Source: Clostridiales bacterium
Lineage (GTDB): Bacteria; Bacillota; Clostridia; Oscillospirales; CAG-272
Assembly: GCA_016282315.1 (NCBI GenBank)
Contig: JAEEKG010000103.1
Location: 6,749-70,748, forward strand
Length of the DNA: 64,000 bases
Reading direction: 5' to 3'
Below, one piece after another: positions 36,641 through 48,300 of the stretch. Made by a program: the position numbers and the translations under genes. The notes beneath the pieces were generated by a model. It saw only the letters and a list, made by a program, of their open reading frames with translations. It did no database searches and was not told the origin of the DNA. Position 1 is the first letter of the stretch; every line of letters starts with the position of its first letter.

Positions 36641-37450
36641 ATGAGCGCTGAAAGCAATTCTAAACCGATTGTGGTAATCACGGGTGGTTCTAGCGGTATA
36701 GGGCTTGAAACCGCTAAAATACTATCCAAAACATGTGTTGTTTATGTTTTGAGCAGAAAAGAATTCAGTTATGAGGGCTTAAAACACATAAAAGCGGATG
36801 TTTGTGACAATGATTCACTGAATAATGCTATTTCTTCGATTATAAATGAATCAAGGAGAATAGATATCCTGGTGACCAGTGCTGGTTCGGGTGTATCAGG
36901 AGCAGTTGAATTCACGGATGAAGCAGCTGTATCAAAACAAGTCGGTGTAGTTTTTGAAGGAACAGCAAATGCTGTAAGAGCTGTATTGCCTTACATGAGA
37001 CAACAGAAAAAGGGAAGAATTGTTTGTATCAGTTCAGTTGCTGCTGTTGCACCGATTCCTTTTCAGACATATTATTCTGCAGCTAAATCTGCTGTAAATA
37101 CTTTTGTTTGTGCTACAGCAAACGAAGTTAAGCCATTCGGAATAACAATGTGTTCCATAATGCCAGGCGATACTAAGACCGGGTTTACGGAGAACAGAAA
37201 GAAAATCGAGACTGGTGATGAAGAGTATTCAGGCAGAATATCTAAATCTGTTAAGACAATGGAAAAGGATGAAATCAACGGAGTTCCTGCCGAAGTAGTA
37301 GGAAGATATATTGCAAAGAAGGCCACATCAAAAAGAGTAAAGCCCATTTATGCTGTGGGATTTATATACAAACTAGCTTGCGTAGCATTAAAAATACTTC
37401 CTGTACGATTCGCAAACTGGGTTTTGTATAAAGCATACGCAAATAATTAA
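36641..37450 (+). CDS. Classical short-chain dehydrogenase/reductase (SDR)
   Basis: ITGGSSGIGLETA cofactor motif and catalytic YSAAKSA. Its start is 1 nt after the upstream stop. Confidence 0.85.
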   Translation: MSAESNSKPIVVITGGSSGIGLETAKILSKTCVVYVLSRKEFSYEGLKHIKADVCDNDSLNNAISSIINESRRIDILVTSAGSGVSGAVEFTDEAAVSKQVGVVFEGTANAVRAVLPYMRQQKKGRIVCISSVAAVAPIPFQTYYSAAKSAVNTFVCATANEVKPFGITMCSIMPGDTKTGFTENRKKIETGDEEYSGRISKSVKTMEKDEINGVPAEVVGRYIAKKATSKRVKPIYAVGFIYKLACVALKILPVRFANWVLYKAYANN

Positions 37451-37469
37451 TGTAAAGATTTAACAAGCA

Positions 37470-37720
37470 CTCAGCAAGAAGTCTCCCTCCTCTATAGGAG
37501 GCGAGATGAATTGTGAGAAAGAGTGCGCTCAACCTTGTATTTATGCAAATATAAGTAATGCGAATAACAACCGGTCGGGACGCCGGAGCTAGACTCCTTA
37601 TGCTTGTGGGGATACCTGCATCGAAGAGTAAAAAAGATTGGATGATGCAAATCATCTATGAAGCCCACACCTCAGTGTAAACAGGTGGTGGGTAGTTCAC
37701 CCAGAACTGCTTTTATATAT
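37470..37720. ncRNA. Candidate structured RNA (unidentified) in a 390-bp intergenic region
   Basis: Four stable hairpins lie in a stretch that is visibly more G+C-rich than the flanking spacer. They are 37482-37506 (9 bp with one bulge), 37534-37555 (9 bp), 37641-37656 (gatgat-GCAA-atcatc, a GNRA loop) and 37664-37692 (8 bp with one bulge). I could not match it to any RNA family I know. Confidence 0.25.
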
Positions 37721-37802
37721 TATATTTTTGTAAAACATGCACAAAGAAATTGCTTGAATTTGTGCCTGTTAACGATGTTTGTTAAATAATTAATAAATTA
37801 CG

Positions 37803-37833
37803 AATGGCACCGCCCTCAGGGTTTGGTGCCATT
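37803..37833 (-). terminator. Hairpin terminator downstream of lacZ
   Basis: Stem aatggcacc / ggtgccatt with a 13-nt G+C-rich loop, 8 nt past the lacZ stop. Confidence 0.5.
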
Positions 37834-37840
37834 TGCAATT

Positions 37841-40807
<2,967 letters not shown>

Positions 40808-40891
40808 TCAACACAAAAACCTATCAAAATAGATATTATTTTTTCTCTACTATTTAAACACAAAAGAGCCGAAAATGCAGTATCAGTATCA

Positions 40892-41444
40892 CTATATGCA
40901 TTCATCAGCTCTCTTTTTTTGATTCACAGCTCCCTGTATTTCAGGAATAACTACTTGTACACAAAACTTATTGTTTTCTTCGTAAAAATCAAGCATACCA
41001 CTATATTTATGAACTATTTTTTTTATTATTTTTGTTCCGTACCCATGAGATGAGTCATCATTCTTTGTTGAGTAAAGATTTGGATTGCTTTTTAATACTG
41101 AACTATCGATTGTGTTTTTACAAATGATGATTCTGCTCGAGTTTTGTCTCATGAAACACAAATCTATTTCTTTTCCCGAAGAAAGATTTGCTCCTTCAAT
41201 CGCATTATCTATGATGTTGCAAATTAGACAAGCTAAATCTGTTTCTTTTATGTCAGAAGTGTTGCCAAGAGAACCATGAACACTCGTCTTTAAGTCATGT
41301 TTTTTTGATAGTTTATCATTAACCAAGTAATCGATTATTCTATTACCTGAAGAATAATAGTACTTTTCCTCTTAAAAAGATGATCTTACTTCGTTTATAT
41401 AAGTAATGCAGCTTTCGATTCTATTGTCGTTTAGCAAGCCATTT
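40892..41444 (-). pseudogene. AgrC-like (HPK10, GHKL) sensor histidine kinase, C-terminal fragment with in-frame TAA
   Basis: ATPase-domain blocks are present (LICNIIDNAIEGA, SSHGYGTKIIKKIVHKYSG). The same frame continues upstream (NGLLNDNRIESCITYINEVRSSF*EEKYYY..) through a TAA at 41381-41383 and up to the IS boundary. Confidence 0.8.
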
Positions 41445-41608
41445 TCTTAACTTCCTAAGAAATTAACCCTCACTGGTTTTAACCCTCGGTTTGATTATTC
41501 AAAAAGTCAATAAAATATTGGCGTTTTTTCGTTTTTTTTATTGCAAAAAACGTGCAGATATGGCATAATTATTAAGGGTTAATTAACCCTTAAAGAAAGA
41601 GCTATATC

Positions 41609-43354
41609 ATGTACTTGAATTGCAAAGTTAAAATACCTGAAAAAGGTGGAAATATAAGCATCAAAACCATTAGCGGAACCTCCTATGTTTATCTGGAAAA
41701 AGGGCGCGTATACAATAAAGAAAAGCAATACAACACCCCTACCAGGATCTGTATCGGCAAGAGGGATTCGGAGCAACCCGGCTTCATGCATCCGAATGAG
41801 AAGTTCTTGAAATTCTTTCCGAAAGAATTGCTTCCATTCGAAAAAGGTACTCAGTTCAGAAGTGGTTGCCTCCACTTTGGTGCATACACGGTTATTCGAA
41901 AGATAGTGGCAGAATATCAACTGGATGAAGTGTTAGGCCGAATTGTGGGTCAGGATGCAGGACTCTTTTTGGATTTGGCAGCATATTCCATTATTACTGA
42001 AGATAATGCGAGGCAGTATTATCCGGATTATGCCTATAATCATGCGTTGTTTACCGACAACATGAAGATTTATAGTGATTCAAAAGTGTCAGACTTTATA
42101 GGCAAGGTATCAATAGATCAGAGAATTGCCTTTTTGAACGAATGGAACAAGAAACGAGATCACAGAGAAAAGATATACATTTCAAATGATGCTACGAATA
42201 AGATAAGCCAAGCCGGAGATATCGAACTGGTAGAACTTGGCCATGCCAAGAAAGACTTAGAAACGGATATATTCAACTATTCTATAGCCTATGATCGAAA
42301 CAATCATGAACCATTGTTTTATGAAGCATATCTGGGTAGTATCGTAGATGTATCTCAGTTGCAGCACACATTAAAAAAAGCCAAAAGCTATGGCTATGAA
42401 CATGTCGGATTCATCCTGGACAGAGGATATTTCTGCAAAGAAAATATTGAGTTTATGGATGAGAGCGGATATGACTTTGTAATCATGGTCAAGGGAATGA
42501 AGACTCTTGTCAGTGAATTGATTCTGAATGTGCAGGGACAATTTGAAAATGACAGAGCCAAAAGCATTCGTTCTTATAAAGTAAGCGGGACAACCATCAA
42601 GCAAAAGCTGTTTGCCACAGACAAAAATGAACGGTATTTCCATATTTTCTATGATGATGGAAGGAAGGCAAAAGAAAGAGAAGCGCTTGAAGAAAAGATT
42701 GACCGGATGGGTCGAAAACTAAAGGAATGTATGGGCGAAACTATACATCCTCGTGGCGATTTTCAAAAGTATTTTGATCTTGTGTATTATCATGAAGGAA
42801 AGCCCGACGAAGTCTTTATGACCGGAATTGAGAAGACGGAAGTCATCAATCGGGACATTGAGTTGTGTGGCTATTTTGCAATAGTGACATCTGAAAAGAT
42901 GTCGGCAAAAGAGGCTCTGGAATTGTACAAGAGCAGAGACGAGTCTGAAAAGACATTCCGTGGGGATAAATCCTATCTTGGCGCAAATGCGGAACGGGTT
43001 TATTTGACGGAATCAATAGACACAAAGATATTCATTGGGTTTGTGGCTACAATCATTCGGAGCCGGATTTATGATCTTCTCAGGGAAGAAGTGGCACGGA
43101 TGGAGAAAAAGCAGAATTATATGACGGTTCCTGCGGCCATAAAAGAACTTGAGAAGATTGAACTACTGAAAGGGGCAGATAACGAATATAATCTTGATTA
43201 TGCTGTCACGGCAACGCAAAAAGCAATTCTTAAAGCTTTTGATATGACAGCAGAGGATATTCACAGACAGGCGCGAGCAATCAGCTCTGATTTGTTAAGA
43301 GTTGAACTGGAAACAATAGAGAAACAAAGCCAAAGGAGTGAATCAAAATCATGA
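41609..43354 (+). CDS. DDE transposase, IS4 superfamily (IS1634-like)
   Basis: 581 aa. The Y-(2)-R-(3)-E-(6)-K signature is present (LYKSRDESEKTFRGDK), and the N-terminal ..SYVYLEKGRVYNKEKQYNTPTRICIGK resembles IS1634-type transposases. Confidence 0.8.
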   Translation: MYLNCKVKIPEKGGNISIKTISGTSYVYLEKGRVYNKEKQYNTPTRICIGKRDSEQPGFMHPNEKFLKFFPKELLPFEKGTQFRSGCLHFGAYTVIRKIVAEYQLDEVLGRIVGQDAGLFLDLAAYSIITEDNARQYYPDYAYNHALFTDNMKIYSDSKVSDFIGKVSIDQRIAFLNEWNKKRDHREKIYISNDATNKISQAGDIELVELGHAKKDLETDIFNYSIAYDRNNHEPLFYEAYLGSIVDVSQLQHTLKKAKSYGYEHVGFILDRGYFCKENIEFMDESGYDFVIMVKGMKTLVSELILNVQGQFENDRAKSIRSYKVSGTTIKQKLFATDKNERYFHIFYDDGRKAKEREALEEKIDRMGRKLKECMGETIHPRGDFQKYFDLVYYHEGKPDEVFMTGIEKTEVINRDIELCGYFAIVTSEKMSAKEALELYKSRDESEKTFRGDKSYLGANAERVYLTESIDTKIFIGFVATIIRSRIYDLLREEVARMEKKQNYMTVPAAIKELEKIELLKGADNEYNLDYAVTATQKAILKAFDMTAEDIHRQARAISSDLLRVELETIEKQSQRSESKS

Positions 43355-43554
43355 GCAGAAGAGCGTTATCAATAGACCAAAAAATAGAAAAAGCCGAAGC
43401 ATTGGTTGCCTCGACTAAAGCAAAATATGACAAAGCGTTGGATGATTTAAAAATGCTTATTGACAAGCGAAAAGAGATGGAGAGCAAAAAGATTATTGAG
43501 CATATTATGCGGGTAACAAAACGGCTGATGAAAAGTCTCTTTCATACGATCTGA
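43351..43554 (+). CDS. Small helical ORF inside the IS (67 aa), possible accessory protein
   Basis: Its start overlaps the transposase stop (ATGA). The sequence is charged and coiled-coil-like (KIEKAEALVASTKAKYDKALDDLKMLIDKRKEMESKK). It lies inside the inverted repeats. Confidence 0.4.
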   Translation: MSRRALSIDQKIEKAEALVASTKAKYDKALDDLKMLIDKRKEMESKKIIEHIMRVTKRLMKSLFHTI

Positions 43555-43599
43555 AGGCCCAAAAGACGATTGAGGGTTAAAATTCTCAGGAAGTTAAGA

Positions 43600-44377
43600 C
43601 AGTTACTACAGCAAAGTGGTGATTTATATCAAGCTTTATGCTTTTGATTTCATTCAAATACTTTTTTGTTTCATTAATTTGTTCATCTTCATGGTTGTAT
43701 AAATCTTTCAGAATTTGTGCTTCATATTTAATTGTCAGAAGCTTCTGTACTTGATATAAAGAAATATAAAGGATAAGATTTACAACTGCAAAAATGATTG
43801 AAATTGTAAAAACTTGCCTTTTTATTTCTACTGACGTGTTGAGAACAATTAAGCCTAACGACTTTACTATTCAAAACAAACTTGATGCAGAAAAGAACAG
43901 TGATAACAAAAAAACTTTCCATTCACTTTTTTTATTTGATTTGAGCAGAAATAAAACAGATTTTAGTACCGATAATACTATGATTGTTTGTATCAATTCA
44001 ATAATACTCCATGTAAAAGCATCATTGGCTTCTATCATTGTTTTGAAGTCTTTGAACAATAAGATTGCAGCATGATAAATCGCTAAATTGGCCAAAATGA
44101 TTGTCGATTCTAGAATGATGGCCGGAATAAGACCCTTTAATTTTTTTGATGAAATCATTCCATAGACTACAAAAAGAACAAAAATGACCAAGTTTGTAAT
44201 AACATAATTGTTAAAAATGTAATGAAACACTGCAATAAACAAAAATAATACCAGAATCACCGGAATCAAGGATTTGTTCTTCTTTATGTTAAAAGCATAG
44301 CCATTGAAAGCGGTTATGAAATATATAACAAGAATGCTATTTGACAATAGCAGTGCAATATCAAATACAATAATCAA
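43600..44377 (-). pseudogene. AgrC-like sensor histidine kinase, N-terminal fragment (TM sensor domain and H-box) with in-frame TGA
   Basis: TTG start 7 nt after AAGGAG, followed by six hydrophobic helices. A TGA lies at 43871-43873. The same frame then continues (..YQVQKLLTIKYEAQILKDLYNHEDEQINETKKYLNEIKSIKLDINHHFAVVT) to the IS boundary. Confidence 0.8.
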
Positions 44378-44487
44378 TTAGTACTCCTTTTTCTTGTAAA
44401 CAGTAGGAAATCCTTTTTAAAATGCAAAAGTCGCCGTCTGCTAATAAAAAGTTTGTGATTGTTTATGGTTGTCAAACATAGATTGTT

Positions 44488-45111
44488 TTAGTCCACAAAT
44501 TTAATATGTTCTTTGTTTACATAAAAAGCAGGATGAACTTTAACAAATCTATTGCAACTTAAATCTTTTTCAAAATTATGAAGTGCACCCCGACAATGTA
44601 TGGTTCTATCTGAAATCAAATGAAATAAAGTATAATTACCGGAACTTTCCAAATATTCTATATCTTTTTGAATAACAACTTCATCCTTGTCATGTGTTGA
44701 TACTATGATTTTTAGATGATTTTCATCCAACTTGGCTATTAATTTTAGCAACAAATTTTCCAATTCTTCGTCGGTTTTTGTTTTTCTCGAAAAATAAGTA
44801 GGGGAATAATCAAATGAATCGTAGACATAATCATTGTGTGCGAATACGAAGACAATCATTGAATTAGAGAATTGTTTGTTGATTATTTTGGCTAAATCAA
44901 AACCATCAATTTCGGGCATGCCAATATCTAGGAAAACTACATCGACATGCTGTTTCCTCATTGCTTCCAACAACTCGTTTCCTGTTTTATATGGAGGGAG
45001 AACTATAAGTGATGATAAAAATGAATCGCTAGTGTTTTGAAAACATGAATTGATTTTTTGGAAAAGCATCTCTGAATAAGATGTGTTGTCATCGCAAATT
45101 GCAAATGTCAT
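44488..45111 (-). CDS. LytTR-family response regulator (REC + LytTR DNA-binding domain)
   Basis: REC blocks AICDDN and VVFLDIGMPEIDG. LytTR block IEYLESSGNYTLFHL..FVKVHPAFYVNKEHI. GAGGA precedes the ATG. At 207 aa it is about 25-30 aa shorter at the C-terminus than AgrA-like proteins. Confidence 0.85.
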   Translation of the reverse strand: MTFAICDDNTSYSEMLFQKINSCFQNTSDSFLSSLIVLPPYKTGNELLEAMRKQHVDVVFLDIGMPEIDGFDLAKIINKQFSNSMIVFVFAHNDYVYDSFDYSPTYFSRKTKTDEELENLLLKLIAKLDENHLKIIVSTHDKDEVVIQKDIEYLESSGNYTLFHLISDRTIHCRGALHNFEKDLSCNRFVKVHPAFYVNKEHIKFVD

Positions 45112-45192
45112 GGATGGTCCTCAAATGTAAATGATTGTCTTTTTTGTACAATTTTACTTTTTTACGATTGCAAATCAATACCATGGTTCTTA

Positions 45193-45223
45193 CCATTTAT
45201 CCCTGTTTTTTGCCATTTATCCC
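45193..45223. promoter_or_regulatory. Pair of 11-bp direct repeats (CCATTTATCCC), candidate LytTR-regulator binding site
   Basis: Identical 11-mers at 45193-45203 and 45213-45223 (20-bp register) lie in the divergent region between the response-regulator gene and the rhs gene. Confidence 0.45.
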
Positions 45224-45314
45224 AGAATAGTTGTTTTTGAACAGTTTGCATGTATACTTTTCATTGCGAATTTCTATATTTCGTAGTTGAGCATATTGAA
45301 AGGTAAAATCTAAA

Positions 45315-48300
45315 ATGAAAAACGATTATTCAGTAATCAAAAGAGTGTTGTCAATTTCAATTGTGATTGCAACATTTTTAACCATGCAGGGTATAGTCAT
45401 TTTGGCTGCAGACATAAAAAATGACATAATTGGTAATGAATATTCTTCATACAACGGCATTGATGAAAATGTAGTTGAATACAACTATGAAGAAGATGAA
45501 ATAGACCTTTCCACTCCATTAAATCCCTTTATTGAGATATACGAAAAGATAATTGAAGAAATAAGAAGTGGAAGACTTGCGCCTGTAACAAATGAAACAA
45601 GACTTTCAGAGTTGGAAAACAGAGCCGAAAGAGAAATAAGAACAAGAGATCTTACTGTACAGGATTTGAATTACAATGAATATGTAAGGGACTATACAAA
45701 CAAATATGTTATAGAAAAAGGAAGCGAAACAATAGACTTGAGCACACTGTCGGTAGGCAGAGAATTCAGTGTGGGAAAAATAGTGGGACGAAACGGAATC
45801 GGCACAGAACTGCTCATCAGGTACGACCTGGATGAAAGCAGCAGTTTTGCGCCGCATTTTATAAAATCTGAAAATGTGAAATACAGCGTAAAAAGAACAT
45901 CTATTCTTATAGATTTGACCAATGAAACGGTTTGCTATCTTGAAACGGAAATCAATACTTATTCGACATATAATGCTGCATATAACGATGCATCACATCA
46001 GAATTCCGGAGTATATGAATATAGCGAAAACGGCATAGATTACTGCTTTATACAAGGACAGCTTATGTCTTTCGACTCATATTATGAGTACGAACTCTAT
46101 TATGACCAAAAAGATATACATTTGACAAATATGCAATTGTCTGACGGCTGGAGATTTAATATACCATACATAGAAATCCAGGTTTGTGGTGGGAACAATT
46201 TGTCATATTATCAGGTTCTTCATCTTGACAATGGCATGTCTGTAAATATGCAGGATTATATAGTAACGCAAAGACCGCTTGAAGATATAATGGTTACGAC
46301 AGGAACATTTGCAACAAGTGCAGGGACAGCGACAGTAAAAGCGGTTCTGCTTAACGGAACAACATATTATTTCAATTCAATCAACGACTGTATAAGAAAA
46401 GAAGACAGATACGGAAACGGAATAAATTACATATATAACCCGCAGGAAGGGTACATTTCTGAGATAATTGCAGATACAGGTGCAAAGATAGTATTTGCAT
46501 TCACCAATTCTTCTATAACAATAACATCTCCAGATGGCGGTGTAGTGACTATAGGGATAATCGTAGATACAGACGACAACAGAGAAGTCACATCGATAGA
46601 TTATGGCGCAAATGAAATATACACTTTTGAATATGCCAAATCTGGTTACAATATATTTGACGGAAATAATATCATAGACATAGTTGAATACAATAAACTC
46701 ACCAAGTTAACTGAACCTAGCGGAGCGTACTGCCAGTATATATACAGCACAGTGTCTGCAGGCTGGGGAACATACAAAAGACACTACCCGGTTCTCCAAA
46801 GTAAGAGTGTAAAAGAGAACAATGAAACAAAGTATCTAACAACATACGGGGCCACCGGAACAGCATTTGATACACAAAGTTTTGAAAGCATGAATGTGGA
46901 TGATTATACGTACACAATTAGTGTAACAGAAGGTGTCAAGGCTTCATACTACACGTTTAACATCAATAATCTCTGCACAAAACAAATATTCAGTGACGAA
47001 ACAGTAACAAAGACGTATAACGAATATTATCTTCCCACAACAGTCACAAAGAAGGTGGGAAGCATGATTGCTGCAGAAAGCTATACCTATGATTCAAGAG
47101 GAAATGTTCTTACATATACAAATCCACAGGGAAATGTGACAACATGCACATACAGCCAGTTATACGGTCTTCTTCTGTCAAAGACTTTTGGAAACTTGAG
47201 GGTGGAAAGCACTCTTAGTCAGGACAATAAGGCGATATCAAAAGTAGAAAAATACTGGAACAATACTCTGGTCAACAGAACTGACTTTACATATGATACA
47301 TATGGTAACGTTTTGACTGAAACTGAATACATTTACCCCGGAACAAATACAAGAACAATAACATATTCCTATACAGATAATGTCACAAGATCCCAAGGCA
47401 TTGATTATAGTGGCATGTTTGTCACATCAAAGACAATAACAGGAGTGAAAGACGCAGACAACCAGACTGTTGGAACAATAACTTATTCAAACAGTTATGA
47501 CTTGCTCGGAAGAGTATTGTCAAGTACTGATGCTGAAAATAATACGACTACTTACACATATAACACAAAAGGGCAGCTTACTACAGTAACATATCCAAAC
47601 AATTCAACAGAAAACTACAATTATGATTCTGCTAATGAGAGGGTAACATATACAGACAGAAACGGATATGCACTGACAACTCAATATGACTATCTAGGCA
47701 ATGTTCTAACTGTAAAAGAAAACAGTACAAACTATGTGCTGCAGACAAACACTTATGACTTATATGGAAGAACAGCAACAAGTGCCAATTACGGATCCCA
47801 ATCTGTGACTGAATACACTTATGACATAAAGGACAGGGTAACATCACAAAAGATAAAGAACTCACAGGGAACAGTCCAATACCAGGAAAACTATTCATAT
47901 TCAGTTGTTGGCACAGGAGGAGCATATTATCTCAAAACAGTTAAAACGATACTTGGAGATACAAACTCACCATCAATAGTGACAAGTGAATATGTAAACA
48001 AAATGGGACAAAAAGCAAGAAGTGGTGAATTTATAGGCGAAACGGAAGTTTTGACAATAAATACCTATGACATTTACGGAAATGTGTTGTCTGTAAGCAG
48101 AAACGGCAGGACAGTAAGTTATACTTATGACTATAACGGCAAAGTACTTACAGAGACAAATGCCCTTAACAATACAACAACATATACTTATGACAACCAG
48201 GGAAATGTACTCACGGCAACAGATCCACTGAATGGTCAGGTGACCAATACATATGACATACTTGGCAGAAAGATAAAGACTACAACAATCCTTCAGACAG

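Larger units (their letters stand above)
41445..43599 (+). mobile_element. IS element, IS4 superfamily (IS1634-like), about 2.15 kb, inserted in the kinase gene
   Basis: Imperfect terminal inverted repeats at 41445-41472 (tcttaacttcctaagaaattaaccctca) and 43571-43599 (reverse complement tcttaacttcctgagaattttaaccctca). TTAACCCT subterminal repeats are present, and the element encloses a transposase gene plus a small second ORF. Confidence 0.85.

Noticed and set aside
37506-37592. 28-aa Cys-rich ORF (MNCEKECAQPCIYANISNANNNRSGRRS) with GGAGG 4 nt upstream, considered as a RiPP precursor or small protein
   Set aside because: The GGAGG forms one arm of a strong hairpin, the spacing is too short, and no maturase, radical-SAM or transporter gene is adjacent. 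The region is better explained as structured RNA. It remains a possibility only if ribosome profiling shows translation.
37470-37720. Attempted to identify the structured region as tmRNA, SRP RNA, 6S RNA, RNase P RNA, 5S rRNA or a common riboswitch (lysine, M-box, ZTP, SAM, FMN, B12)
   Set aside because: None of the diagnostic conserved sequences for these RNAs are present on either strand. These include the tag ORF plus T-arm/ACCA, GGAAGCAGCC, GAGGAAAGUCC and the B12 box. A CTGTTTAC match to the SRP RNA on the minus strand does not extend.
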